A DNA stretch of 63,861 nucleotides, the filler included, from Barthelona sp. PAP020 (lineage: Eukaryota), in assembly GCA_040182905.1 (NCBI GenBank). It is 3 parts of 3 records of this genome, joined end to end, with 100 filler letters (N's around TTAATTAATTAA, not from the genome) between each part and the next. Parts side by side here need not be neighbours in the genome. Positions count along the whole stretch, not along the records: positions 1 to 22,730 come from JARQWU010000173.1; 2 more parts are not named here. The stretch is one strand, 5' to 3'. The notes beneath the pieces were generated by a model. That model was given only the letters and a program-made list of their open reading frames with translations. It did no database searches and was not told the DNA's origin. Of this stretch, positions 11,029-22,261 are shown one piece after another. Both the position numbers and the translations under genes were made by a program. Positions within the stretch are counted from its first letter, which is position 1. Every line of letters starts with the position of its first letter.

Positions 11029-12084
11029 ATGAAACCCGATAATGATATAATTGTTGATGAAATTATTGACCCAACTCCAAATTGTTGGTTGTTCAATTAT
11101 CAAAATTTGATTTTCAAAATTCTCTCTTTAGCAGTTTGTTTAGCTATTGTTACTGGAGCTCTTTTTCAATTATATCAATATGTATACGGTTTTTATCCTT
11201 TTTATTCTTTGAGAATTCCTAGAAATATGTATTGGAATATTGTATCAAAAGATTCAATTATTGGATTAAACACCACAGAAGTAAATTATTATTCTGGAAA
11301 TATTCATTTTTATCATCCTCCCAAAGAAGTTTTTGGTTCAGTTGAAAAATTATCATTAGAAAGATTAAGATATTTACATCCTAATCAACAAATTTTTGTT
11401 TACAATGTAAAATTACAAAACAACACAGATAATATGATAATTGAAAAGGCATTTGATTTTTTGAAAATTGACAATTTCCCTGAACTTGAACAAAAGAAAT
11501 TTAATAAAAAATTAATATTAGAAAATGATTTTGAAATGTTGATGATAAACAACAAAACAAAAGAATTAACTCTAAAATCTAATTTTGTTTTATTAACTCA
11601 ATTACCTGATTATCAACAAACCATTGGATTGAACGAAGAACAATTGATTTTTGTAAATTTAAAAGAAACAAACGTTCAAAAGACATTTACAAAATGGCAA
11701 GAAGAAATGATAAATATAAACAACCCTTTTGGGCATCCGATCATTCAAGCAACACCAACATTTGACAACTTATTGGAATTAAAATATTTTGAGCCATCAC
11801 TTGTTGATCCAATTTCAAAAGAATACTCAGACGATTTTTTTCATGTTTCAAATCGTTATTGGGAAGATAATTGCTTAGCTAAAGTAATTCAAAGTCATTG
11901 TCTTGGCTTTACATTAGAAACAAAAGTTTTCGACACATGTTCCCCAATGCCCGGGTCATTATGGGGACAAATATTTGGAAATATCACCACATCCTTTGAG
12001 TATGGGAATGGATGCATGGAAAGAAGTCAAAAAATGGAAGTGCCTCCAACAAAACCGGAAATCATCTGGCAAAACAATCTCTGA
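11029..12084 (+). CDS. Hypothetical type II membrane protein
   Basis: 351-aa ORF with one N-terminal hydrophobic segment and a Cys-containing C-terminus; no family recognised. Confidence 0.75.
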   Translation: MKPDNDIIVDEIIDPTPNCWLFNYQNLIFKILSLAVCLAIVTGALFQLYQYVYGFYPFYSLRIPRNMYWNIVSKDSIIGLNTTEVNYYSGNIHFYHPPKEVFGSVEKLSLERLRYLHPNQQIFVYNVKLQNNTDNMIIEKAFDFLKIDNFPELEQKKFNKKLILENDFEMLMINNKTKELTLKSNFVLLTQLPDYQQTIGLNEEQLIFVNLKETNVQKTFTKWQEEMININNPFGHPIIQATPTFDNLLELKYFEPSLVDPISKEYSDDFFHVSNRYWEDNCLAKVIQSHCLGFTLETKVFDTCSPMPGSLWGQIFGNITTSFEYGNGCMERSQKMEVPPTKPEIIWQNNL

Positions 12085-12139
12085 TTAATCTTCCAAAGAA
12101 AAAAAAAAACATAAAAAAGAAAAGAAAGAAATATTAGCG

Positions 12140-12799
12140 TTATCTAGAAACACGCTCCAACGAAGCATCTGTCAATTTGAAAGCAGGATGAAAATTGTCA
12201 GTCTCAACATCTTTCAAATGAGGATTAGGTGTGGCAATGTCCAAAGATAATGAGGTCACACCCTCATTGTACACATGACAGTATGGTAGTTTAAACGTCA
12301 ACAAAAATTTCCAAACTTGGTCGTAGGACCAATGCAATATTGGATTAATTCGAACAATTTCAGGATAACCAAAAGTACTGGTCTGAAAAATGTTAATATT
12401 TCCATTTGGATCTGTTGAACGTATGCCTGTGAAACATCCTTTTACTTGAAAATCATCAATAACTCTTTGTAATGAAATTTTAAATGGACCATGATACTCA
12501 TAAATGTTAATATCAAATTTATTTTTTGTTTCGGAGATAAAATTTGTAATTACAGGCAAAACAGAAGTGGAAGTAACAAAATAGATGATCTGAAGACTAT
12601 CTAGACAAATATTATTTAAAGAACAATAATGAATCAATAAATACAAAACTAAAGTACAATCTTTGCCTCCGTTGAATGATAGACAAACTTGATTTAAAGA
12701 ATACCTTTCAAATGTTTCTTTAATTATTAACAAAGATTTTTCAATACATTCAATTAATTCAAAATCATTCAGTTCTTCCCAACTTAATGGGAAAATCAT
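12140..12799 (-). CDS. FAD1: FAD synthase (PAPS-reductase fold)
   Basis: LSFNGGKDCT, GIRSTDP, RINPILHWSY..VWKFL, PYCHVYNEGVTSL, PAFKL..ER motifs. Confidence 0.88.
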   Translation of the reverse strand: MIFPLSWEELNDFELIECIEKSLLIIKETFERYSLNQVCLSFNGGKDCTLVLYLLIHYCSLNNICLDSLQIIYFVTSTSVLPVITNFISETKNKFDINIYEYHGPFKISLQRVIDDFQVKGCFTGIRSTDPNGNINIFQTSTFGYPEIVRINPILHWSYDQVWKFLLTFKLPYCHVYNEGVTSLSLDIATPNPHLKDVETDNFHPAFKLTDASLERVSR

Positions 12800-12848
12800 G
12801 CTGTAAAAAAATCAAATAAATCATTCTCAAATTGTTTTTATCTCCAAA

Positions 12849-14249
12849 ATGTCTGATAATTCCCCCAATTCCCCGAACGAACTAGATCCTGAAGAGCTTC
12901 AAACTCAAGAAGAAATGAATAATTTTGAAGAAAATGAGAATTCTACCCAAACCAATCAACCTGAAAAATCAAATGATGATGAAGTTAATAAACAAAAAGA
13001 ACAAGAACAAGAGGATAAAAAACGTAGATTAATGGCCAGAAAGAAAAGAAAATTGGCAACAAATGTTGCCAAATTGCCAGATCTAACTCCTTCTCATCAA
13101 TGCTATCTTAAGAAATTAAAGCTCGAGCGAGTTCATGATTTCCTTCAAATTGAACACAAATTTGTTGAGGATGCTATTTCTACTGGTAAAGCAAATATTG
13201 ACAAAACTTTTGAAACCTTGAATGAGATTAGAGGTACACCTATGGAAATTGGTGAACTTGATGAACTAATTTCTGATGATCATGCAATTGTTTCAATGAA
13301 TTCTGGAATGACACAAATGTATGTTAATATTTTGTCTTTTGTAGATCGTGATCTTTTGGTGCCTGGAACACGTGTTTTGTTACATCATCGTACCAATTCA
13401 GTAATTGGAGTTTTAGAAGATGAAACAGATCCCATGGTTTCAGTTATGAAGGTTGATGAGGCACCCACTGAAAGTTATGCCGATATCGGTGGTTTGGAAG
13501 AACAAATTATGGAAATTAGAGAAACAATTGAACTTCCTTTGACGAGACCCGATTTGTATGAATCTATCGGAATCAACCCTCCAAAAGGTGTTATTCTTTA
13601 TGGACCTCCAGGAACTGGAAAGACCTTATTGGCAAGGGCTGTTGCCAGAGAGACATCTGCTACATTCCTTCGTGTTGTTGGTTCCGAATTGATTCAAAAG
13701 TATCTTGGTGAAGGTCCTAAACTTGTTCGTGAACTCTTTGCGGCAGCAAAAGAAATGGCACCTGCTATTGTTTTCATTGACGAAATTGATGCTGTGGGAA
13801 CCAAACGTTTTGATGCTCGTTCTTCTGGTGAGAAAGAAATTCAACGAACAATGCTTGAACTACTGAATCAATTGGATGGATTCGATAATCGTGGTGATGT
13901 TAAGGTTATTGTTGCAACAAATCGTATCGATTCGTTGGATCCTGCTTTGATACGTCCAGGTCGTATTGATAGAAAAATTGAATTCCCTTTGCCAAGCATC
14001 GATACCAAAAGACAAATTTTCCAAATACACACAAAGAGAATGACTTTGTCAGAAGATGTTGATTTGGATGGACTTATTAGCGCTAAGGATGAAATTTCTG
14101 GAGCAGATATTAAAGCTATTTGTTCAGAAGCTGGTTTATTGGCCTTGAGACAAAGGCGAATGAAAGTTACTATGGAAGATTTCGAAAAAGCAAGAGATAA
14201 AGTGTTAACAAAGAAAGATGATGATGTTCCTGACAGTCTTTACATGTAG
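12849..14249 (+). CDS. PSMC1: 26S proteasome AAA ATPase Rpt2 (subunit 4)
   Basis: [56 protein letters not shown]-terminal HbYX-type LYM. Confidence 0.95.
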   Translation: MSDNSPNSPNELDPEELQTQEEMNNFEENENSTQTNQPEKSNDDEVNKQKEQEQEDKKRRLMARKKRKLATNVAKLPDLTPSHQCYLKKLKLERVHDFLQIEHKFVEDAISTGKANIDKTFETLNEIRGTPMEIGELDELISDDHAIVSMNSGMTQMYVNILSFVDRDLLVPGTRVLLHHRTNSVIGVLEDETDPMVSVMKVDEAPTESYADIGGLEEQIMEIRETIELPLTRPDLYESIGINPPKGVILYGPPGTGKTLLARAVARETSATFLRVVGSELIQKYLGEGPKLVRELFAAAKEMAPAIVFIDEIDAVGTKRFDARSSGEKEIQRTMLELLNQLDGFDNRGDVKVIVATNRIDSLDPALIRPGRIDRKIEFPLPSIDTKRQIFQIHTKRMTLSEDVDLDGLISAKDEISGADIKAICSEAGLLALRQRRMKVTMEDFEKARDKVLTKKDDDVPDSLYM

Positions 14250-14341
14250 AAAAGATAAAATTATTGTGTGCATTTATTTTTTTTGATTTTTGGAATGTTG
14301 AAATGAGTGGGCAGAAAAAAAAAAAATATTTTTTTCCAAAA

Positions 14342-16243
14342 ATGTCAACATCCATAACAGATTTCGATGATAATTTTACAAAAAATGAAACTAGTGGTAA
14401 TTTAGATGACACTACACCTCAAATTCTAGGTGAAAAAGACACAAATGGAAATATTACAAATAGAAATGAAACAACAGATTTATTTGATATTAGTGATGAC
14501 GATTCTACAAAAACATCAGATGCAGATATTGCTGATAAGGTAACAATAAAAAATGATATCGCTGACGAACTCAGTATGAAAATTGTTGCTGAACCGTCTC
14601 AAAATATAGTCACTCCTGAATCAAATTCTAATTTTATTGTTGATGATGAAGAAGATACTGATGAGGATACCAATGAAGATGCTGAAAACTACATAAAATC
14701 TTCAGATCGTTCAGCTTTCGAAGATGATTCAGATTCTGAAGCCGATATTGTTGAAGAAGCTATTGAGTATTCTTTACCACCTTGGGAGTTACCTCTAGAA
14801 CCTTTTGAAAATCTAATTACTAATCGTAATAGCCCATTTTATAAGTATATTCCTCCTAAGTCTGCCAGACGTGCATGGCAAAAATTTATTTATGGTTTGA
14901 GACCCAGTAAAAATCTTGCCAAAATTCTTGGGAAATTGGTTTCGATGCCACCAGCTTTTAGATTACCCACAATTCCAAAGTTTCGAAACACTCATTCATT
15001 GAATAATTGGCTTGTTCCCCGATTTGACACCACAATGATTCATGCTGTGGAGCCAATTTTTAATACTAATACTAAGTCTTGTGTTTCTCAAAAGAATCCA
15101 TGTACTTGGCGTTTTGAAATATTACAAGCCACAGATTTGCCTCATCCGAGTCCTACTATTGAGGTTTTAAGACATTTTGTCAGAGTGTGTCTTTGGAACA
15201 TGACAGCGATGAAACCACATTCTAACTTCATTGAAATTGATGCATTTTTAGAGGATGGAATTGACACGTGGATATTTGAAAAGGATCGAGAAGTTAACAA
15301 TGTTCTTTTCAGATTTGATCCAGAAAGTGTGCCTCAAGGAAATGAAATAGTTATAGCTCTTGAATTCACGGTTACCACCCGTCCAGTACAAGTAGTTTCC
15401 GATGAGAAAATTTTAGGTGGTACAGAAAAGACCTGGATTCAGGAGATTGATCGAATTGTTGATGAGTATGCTGTTGGTAGAGTATTAATTCCTGTAATGA
15501 AGGCTAATGATAGTATTCCCACACAACAAACTTTGTGGACAAGCTTAAAAGCTCAAAAGGAGTTTGATATTTATTCTGGAGTATTAAACACCGCTGACGA
15601 TCAAGACATGCTACAAAATTTGGAGACTGAAATGGCTCCAAATCAACGTCGTCGTTTTTTTGGACTTTTGGATGCCAATCCTCCAAAACCTATCTGTATG
15701 GTTGATTGGAGAAGCACAAAGACTGCTAGACAAAATATTTTCAACAGATTACCTCTTAATTTTGTTGCGCCAAAGAACACTGCTTTTTTGGCCAGTTGTT
15801 ATCGGTTCATTTTGAGTGAAGATATTTGTAGTATTCATTATAGACCAAAATTACCAGATTTTCAACCAAAATTAAGGCCTGAACTAGTATATACCCTAAA
15901 ATTACTTGAAGATCGTGATTTTTCCAGAATTTTTGCAAGAAGAGTGTTCACTTTTTTGGACAATTTGTCCAATCGAGATAGCAACAATGTCTTAATCATT
16001 CGTGATTTTTTGATTGAAGAAACAAGATTGTTATCCTTAATTAAAGGTTCTACAGCAATCAGTAATGTTACAGATATTCATGAAGAAGCCATAATAAGGA
16101 TAAATACAATTCAGAAATTGTTAAATGAGAACTCAACAATGACAACAAAATCTCAAGTTCATAATCGCCCATTTACTATTTCTGAACAGATTTTCTTTCC
16201 TCATAATGATTGTTTTAACTTAGAAACCATTGTCAATTCGTAA
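14342..16243 (+). CDS. NPHP1: Nephrocystin-1-like transition-zone protein
   Basis: RHFVRVCLWN..SNF..TWIF, ALEFTV, LPLNFVAP..CYRFIL, ELVYTLKLLEDRD resemble the NPHP1 C-terminal region; start taken at ATG 14342 (an upstream in-frame ATG exists). Confidence 0.65.
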   Translation: MSTSITDFDDNFTKNETSGNLDDTTPQILGEKDTNGNITNRNETTDLFDISDDDSTKTSDADIADKVTIKNDIADELSMKIVAEPSQNIVTPESNSNFIVDDEEDTDEDTNEDAENYIKSSDRSAFEDDSDSEADIVEEAIEYSLPPWELPLEPFENLITNRNSPFYKYIPPKSARRAWQKFIYGLRPSKNLAKILGKLVSMPPAFRLPTIPKFRNTHSLNNWLVPRFDTTMIHAVEPIFNTNTKSCVSQKNPCTWRFEILQATDLPHPSPTIEVLRHFVRVCLWNMTAMKPHSNFIEIDAFLEDGIDTWIFEKDREVNNVLFRFDPESVPQGNEIVIALEFTVTTRPVQVVSDEKILGGTEKTWIQEIDRIVDEYAVGRVLIPVMKANDSIPTQQTLWTSLKAQKEFDIYSGVLNTADDQDMLQNLETEMAPNQRRRFFGLLDANPPKPICMVDWRSTKTARQNIFNRLPLNFVAPKNTAFLASCYRFILSEDICSIHYRPKLPDFQPKLRPELVYTLKLLEDRDFSRIFARRVFTFLDNLSNRDSNNVLIIRDFLIEETRLLSLIKGSTAISNVTDIHEEAIIRINTIQKLLNENSTMTTKSQVHNRPFTISEQIFFPHNDCFNLETIVNS

Positions 16244-16579
16244 ATTTTTAAGTTTATAAATTTTGTAAATTTTGTATTTTGATTTTTTTTAGTGATTTAG
16301 AATACAAGTGATTTGGAATACAATTTAATACTTTTCAACGCAGTTAATTCAAATTAAAAAAGCAGCTGAAAGAAAACAAGGAAAAAAGAGCATTTCTTCC
16401 TTTTTGGTCAATTCACATAAACATCAATAATTGATCAACAATTCATAATAAAATTCTTCAACTATAAAGTCTGAAATATTTTTTCCCAAAGAATTTATAT
16501 TTTATGATTTTTAAAATGATAAAAAATAATAATAAACAAAAGATTTACACAAACATAATTAATACACAAAAACTAAAGA

Positions 16580-18040
16580 CTATTGATTTGTTCCAAGTTC
16601 ATACAACGCATTCCAATGTACAGTATCTTTAGTGATCAATCCGTTTAAATTCAGAGAAGCTTGAGGAGTCAAACTGATGTTTTTTTCTTTTTTTGTTGTG
16701 TTATCAATAGTTGGTGGTAAAAATGGAGGAGTCTGATTGGTTTCAATTTCTGATTCCGATATCAAAATATTTGAATGATTGGCAGGTTGTGAAACCAAGA
16801 TATCCATGTTTTTAGCAGCACTTATTGTTGTTTCTTGTGTTGGATCCTCAGCATGAGATGGAGAGCTTTTGCTAGAATAATAATTGTTGCGATCTCCTGA
16901 TGATTCAAAAAATCTTGGTGTTGAACACAAAGAAGCAAATGCCAACAAAACAAAACAGTTACAAAGAATATCAAACCAAAAGGTTTGAAGAGGCTCTTTT
17001 TCCCAGTTTGTAAGTAGTCTAATAAACAGATAATAGATAATAAACGCTATTGAGAAGATAGAATGAACAATTTTATTGAAGACAACAGAACCAGAATCCT
17101 CATTGAAACCCTCCTGAACAACAGCTGGGTAAGAACTCATATCTTCTGTGAACCAAAGCAAATTCAAAAACAAAAAGAATATAACGCTGCAAACAGGCAG
17201 ACTAAACATCATTTGACGTGATCCAAGGTTCAACCATTGACAAATGAAAACGGTAGGAGGTACTCCAAATTTGAGAATAAAATTGAAATCATCATCATAG
17301 TAGAAAGAGGAAAGATCGCTAACTCGATCGTAATGAGTGATGTAAGAACATAATAGATGTGAAACCATCGTTAGTGGGATAGATTTCACAAAGTTTAACA
17401 AAGTAACACTAAACATGTTATCCATCGACATACTGAACATCATCAGATATTGTAAAAGATATGATAAGAACAATCCAACAGCACATATCAAAAAGTCATT
17501 TTCAAAAATGGAAACTGCACCTTCAGGCATGAAAAAATGAAGCAGAAATCCTAAGGCAGAGCACACAACAAAAATCAAAACTCCAACAAAAAGTCTGTCT
17601 TCAACTCCCCAAAAATTGGTTCCCCAATTGGATCCTCCATTCTGTACTTTTGCATTTAACACAAAACTTTGGGTTTCACCACCAAAATAAATGAATGTAT
17701 ACATAGCGGTTTCCAAAATAGATATTGATTCTGACCATACGCTAATACTAGAAGGTAATTCATACACATCACACAAATTAGGTAACGTTGTGTAGGACCA
17801 ATCAACACTTTCAACAACATCCGTATGACACATAAAAAGTTTGGATGAACTTCCAACCTTATCATCAAATACAAATGATAATTGTACTTCTGCACCAACA
17901 CTTAAACCAATTGTAAAATCTGCATCAGTGTATCTTGTTATACTAAATGACTCAGAAAAGTCAACCATATAACTCTGATAAGCAGCTTGAGTAGCGATAA
18001 AAAAAGCTACAAAAGCCACAATCAATTGTTTAGACAACAT
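16580..18040 (-). CDS. Signal peptide + luminal domain + ~7 TM protein (GOST/GPR107-GPR180-like, tentative)
   Basis: 486-aa ORF; N-terminal signal peptide, ~140-aa beta-rich region, seven hydrophobic segments, polar tail. Confidence 0.5.
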   Translation of the reverse strand: MLSKQLIVAFVAFFIATQAAYQSYMVDFSESFSITRYTDADFTIGLSVGAEVQLSFVFDDKVGSSSKLFMCHTDVVESVDWSYTTLPNLCDVYELPSSISVWSESISILETAMYTFIYFGGETQSFVLNAKVQNGGSNWGTNFWGVEDRLFVGVLIFVVCSALGFLLHFFMPEGAVSIFENDFLICAVGLFLSYLLQYLMMFSMSMDNMFSVTLLNFVKSIPLTMVSHLLCSYITHYDRVSDLSSFYYDDDFNFILKFGVPPTVFICQWLNLGSRQMMFSLPVCSVIFFLFLNLLWFTEDMSSYPAVVQEGFNEDSGSVVFNKIVHSIFSIAFIIYYLFIRLLTNWEKEPLQTFWFDILCNCFVLLAFASLCSTPRFFESSGDRNNYYSSKSSPSHAEDPTQETTISAAKNMDILVSQPANHSNILISESEIETNQTPPFLPPTIDNTTKKEKNISLTPQASLNLNGLITKDTVHWNALYELGTNQ

Positions 18041-18337
18041 TAAATAATAAAAAAGGTATTGCTTTTTATTGCTGTCTTTTTTTTCAATTACATAAAACTA
18101 CCATTCAAATATCAATTAAAACACCTAAAAATATTAATTTAAAAAAAAAAACATGTTTACATTTTTGTTTTGATACATTAGAGTCTTTTCAAAAATCCCT
18201 TTCAATTCTGATTTTTGACAGCAAAGAATACTTGAAAAGATGACACAATAAATATGAAATCATATTATTATTGAAAATGCAAAAAAAAATTTTCTTTTTC
18301 ACATTTTTTCCAATTTTTTGACATGAAAATGAATTAA

Positions 18338-19237
18338 ATGATATTAAATATTAAATTTATTGCACTGATACTGTTTCTGTACAATGTAATTTCGTGTATT
18401 TCTGACCATACCAATAATTATGCAATATTAATCAGCACCTCGAGATATTGGTTCAATTATCGACATACGACCAATGTTTTGATTTATTATAAAATGTTAA
18501 AAGATAATGGATTTCCTGATGACCATATAATTCTGTTATTACCTGATGATTATGGGTGTAACAACCGAAACAAATGTCCAAATAAGATGTATCATAATGC
18601 TAATAGGAAAGAAAATTTGTTTTCTTATGATATATTGCCTGATTCTTATGGTTATGAATTGACTCCCAAGTTTTTCTTTGACATTTTGTACGATTCTCAT
18701 CAAAATGATGTTCCCAAACATTTGAGATATCAAGGAAATTCAAAAACTAATCTCTTTATGTTTATCACTGGGCATGGTGGTGATCAAATTTTTAAAGTTC
18801 AGGATGATAAACAATATCGTGATATTGACTTTATAAATGCGATAAAACACATGGAAAAGAACAAAAAATTTAATAAACTGTTGATTTTTTCCGATACTTG
18901 TCAGGCTTCCACAATGTTTGAAGGTATTAAATCACCTAATGTTGCAGTTTTAGCTTCTGCAAGAAGAGGCCAGAGTAGTTATGCAGGCAAAGCCGATATG
19001 GATTTACAGATGGAATTGGTTGATCGTTTCACACAAAACATCAATGATTTGGTACAAAAATCAAGTGTTTATGATTTAACGTTGGCTGATTTGAAAAATT
19101 ACCTTACTTTTCAAAAACTTAATGCTGACTCTTTTTTAAAATGTAATAAAAACATATATCCCACTTCTAAGTTATCCGAATGGTTTGCGTATACATCAGA
19201 TGCTTTTGAAGAAAAAAATTTTTCCTTTCGTAAATAA
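18338..19237 (+). CDS. GPI8: GPI transamidase catalytic subunit (peptidase C13)
   Basis: HTNNYAILISTSRYWFNYRH, TGHGG (catalytic His), DTCQA (catalytic Cys). Confidence 0.95.
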   Translation: MILNIKFIALILFLYNVISCISDHTNNYAILISTSRYWFNYRHTTNVLIYYKMLKDNGFPDDHIILLLPDDYGCNNRNKCPNKMYHNANRKENLFSYDILPDSYGYELTPKFFFDILYDSHQNDVPKHLRYQGNSKTNLFMFITGHGGDQIFKVQDDKQYRDIDFINAIKHMEKNKKFNKLLIFSDTCQASTMFEGIKSPNVAVLASARRGQSSYAGKADMDLQMELVDRFTQNINDLVQKSSVYDLTLADLKNYLTFQKLNADSFLKCNKNIYPTSKLSEWFAYTSDAFEEKNFSFRK

Positions 19238-19294
19238 TTTTTTATTGAAAAAACTTTATTATTTGACAAAAAAAAAGAAAATAAATAAATAAAT

Positions 19295-19612
19295 TTATGT
19301 CATCTCATCAAAAAAATGTTCATTGTCAAAAAAATCTTTAGATTGATCAACCTCCTCAAGAAGACCATAAATAACTGATATTTGATGTAAATTAAATGCC
19401 AGATCATTTAATAATACTTTCATTTTCAATAAATTATCTTTTTGATCAATTTCTTCATTAATTAAATTATTTTCATCCATTTTATTTCTCAAATCATCAA
19501 TTGATTCCAAAATTTCATCATTTTGTTTGCTTAAATATTCAATTTTCGAGGTAGCTTCACTGATTACCGTTAGAAATTGTTGTTTTAAAGATTCATCAAT
19601 ATTATTTTCCAT
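19295..19612 (-). CDS. Small coiled-coil protein (weak Snapin/Pallidin BLOC-1-like resemblance)
   Basis: ORF from ATG 19612 (MENNIDE), ~105 aa with heptad pattern; family assignment weak. Confidence 0.6.
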   Translation of the reverse strand: MENNIDESLKQQFLTVISEATSKIEYLSKQNDEILESIDDLRNKMDENNLINEEIDQKDNLLKMKVLLNDLAFNLHQISVIYGLLEEVDQSKDFFDNEHFFDEMT

Positions 19613-19635
19613 TGTTTGAATATTTTTTTTTGTTA

Positions 19636-20089
19636 ATGGACCCAAGAAATGCTTTGTACCTTAATTTTGTCAAAAAAAACTAATATTTAAAGAATTCTTA
19701 ATCAAAAAGAAACAAAAACTCTTCAACACTCCACCATTTCTATATATGGTGAAGGAAACACATTTTTATCTATTCAAAAAAGATTACTACAAATTGGTGT
19801 GAATGTCATTTTGAACAACACGGAATGTGCTGATTTTATTATTTTTTTGAATACAATAAATGTGCATTCAAATGTTCCTTTTATCTCAATAATTGAAAAA
19901 AAAGATTCAGCAGAAATGTTCTTTAACAGAAATTTGGATGATTTTGAAAGAAATTTCACTCAAGATATGATTACAATAAAAATGGTTGGCTGTATGATTT
20001 CAGAAATTATTCGAAAGTACATTACCCAAAAAATAACACCTCCAACATGGATAACAATAGTTGGAACTCAAGTTGAAAAGAATTGCTAA
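19636..20089 (+). CDS. Spliced minimal ThiF/E1-like protein (SAE1/Aos1-like, tentative); exons 19636-19655, 19693-20089
   Basis: 37-nt GT..ACTAAT..AG intron joins ATG in frame, giving MDPRNALILNQKETKTLQHSTISIYGEGNTFLSIQKRLLQIGV...MVGCMISEIIRKYIT (138 aa). Confidence 0.6.
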
Positions 20090-20487
20090 TTTATTTTTTT
20101 TTTCTCACAATTAAATCTATCAATTATTTCCCTCTTTTTTACAGTTATTTATATGTTGAAAGTGAAGAAGAAATATTTTCCAAAACAAAATAGAATAAAA
20201 TGGTTTGTTGCTTTAATTCTCTTTTTGTAAATCATTTGATATCAAGGAAATTATCAAATTTTATACACTATTGAATAATATGCTTTCTCTTTAAAGAAAA
20301 TTGGGATTAATGAAAAAAGCGATTTTTTTAAACATTTAAACAAAATAGTCAAAAAAAAGAATTTCAACCTTTATTATATAATAAAATGGTCATCAGATGT
20401 TTTGAAGTGAAACCTTTACATTTTACGTCATAAAAATCATCTCTTTTATTTTGTTCTTTTTAAATTTGTGTACTTAACCTAATTTTA

Positions 20488-22088
20488 ATGTCTAAAGAAG
20501 CAAAAAACGTTGAAACTATTATTGAAAGAATAGTTAACTTGGAATCGAATGATTTTATCGAATTGCAAAATTGTTATTCAATTTTTAATATCATTATTAC
20601 TAATAATTAGTGACAATTCAATTGGAAGTATTGATTCAACATCCTGAAATTAGAAAATCAATTAATCCTGATGATTTCATCAAAATTGTTGAAAAATTGT
20701 TTGGCACATTAAAACCTGAAATTGTTGAATCTGGTCTTAGATTTATTCAATGTTTTAATACTGATCGTGAAATATTATTATCTTTAACAAAAAGCTCTTG
20801 TTTGAAAGAAATTATTGCATTGTTATCATATGAAGAAGAAGAATCCATTATACAATCAGCTTTGATGGTTATTTATTGGATTAACAGCTTTAATGAAGGA
20901 AGAATTGAATTAAAGTTGTATAAAGTTGAAGATCATTTAAATTCCCTTCTTGAAAGAGAGTTTGATAAAAACCAGATGGAAATCGTCAGCTTAATTCGTT
21001 CACTTTTAAATTCTCTTAACGATAATTTTGACCTGTTTAGTTGTTTGCTTGAGAACTCAATTGAAAATACCGTTGATAGTCTTTTTAACAATAAACCTAA
21101 GCCAAATGAGTTGTTCAATAAAAAGTTGCCAAAAATTCGTTTTGGACTACAAAATAATGATGTTGAAGTTGAAGAAGATGATAGCAGCAGTGACTACAGT
21201 TTTTATGATGATAAAGTTGAAGAAAAAGAGAAGGAAGGAGTACAAGATTATGAAGAGGAAGAATATGAGGAGGAGGAAGAAGAAGAAGAATATGAAGAAG
21301 AAGAAGAAGAAGAAGAAGAAGAAGAAGAATGGAATCTTGAAGATGATAACATATTTGCTGCTGCTCCAATGATGTTTGGAGCTAATAATAGACCAGAATT
21401 ACAACATTTTGTTGATGACATGATGGAGGATGTTAATGATGAAATTGAAGCTTATTTAAAAATAGAAAAAGAGATGGAAAGCCGTGAAAAAGAAAATAAG
21501 GTCCAATTAAATGAAACTGACATTGCAACCGAAAATCAAAATAAGGAAAACCAAAATGAAGATACTCCTGTTGAAGAAATGATTGAAAAAGTTGAAGTTC
21601 AAGAACCCGAACAATCAATAGACACCACTGAAGAACTTGAGGAAGCTGTTGAAATAAAAGAAACTGTTGAAGTCAAAGCTGAAGAACTTGAAGAAGTTGT
21701 TGAAGAGGCAACTGAAGTGAAAGAAACTGTTGATGTTGAAGAACTTGAAGAAGTTGTTGAAGAAGCAACTGAAGTGAAAGAAACTGTTGATGTTGAAGAA
21801 CTTGAAGAAGTTGTTGAAGAGGCAACTGAAGTGAAAGAAACTGTTGATGTTGAAGAACTTGAGGAAGTTGTTGAAGTAAATGAAACTGTTGAAGTTGAAG
21901 AACTGGAGGAAACTATGGAGGAAACTGTTGAAGAGGCTGTTGAAGTAAAAGAAACTGTTGAACATGTTGAAGAAACCAATGAAATTGAAAAAGAGATAGT
22001 GGAAGAAAAGAAAGTAGATCAAAAAACATCAGAACCCAAACAAATTGTTGAAGAAGCAAAAATTCAAGTAACTACTGAAGAAATTTAA
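20488..22088 (+). CDS. ARM/HEAT-like N-terminus + Glu-rich repeat tail; exons 20488-20572, 20611-22088
   Basis: 38-nt intron GTTATT..ACTAATAATTAG links ATG 20488 in frame to the 492-aa ORF, which has no ATG start of its own. Confidence 0.8.
21681..21875 (+). repeat. Coding tandem repeat, 57-bp unit x ~3.4 (EELEEVVEEATEVKETVDV)
   Basis: Units start at 21681, 21738, 21795, 21852. Confidence 0.9.
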
Positions 22089-22261
22089 TTTAACACTACA
22101 TATAAAACCTTTATAATGGGACATTGCAAGATATTAAAGAACTTACATGCCCTTTAACAATGTATAAAATCAGGCAGTTAAAAGATTACCCAAAATTTTC
22201 GAAAGATGTTTTTGTAAATTTTTTTTTAAACAAAAATTTTTTTTTTTTGAAAAATAACCAC

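Noticed and set aside
18210..18325. TGACA/TGTCA as a promoter motif in many spacers
   Set aside because: A 5-mer whose frequency looks compatible with chance in AT-rich DNA
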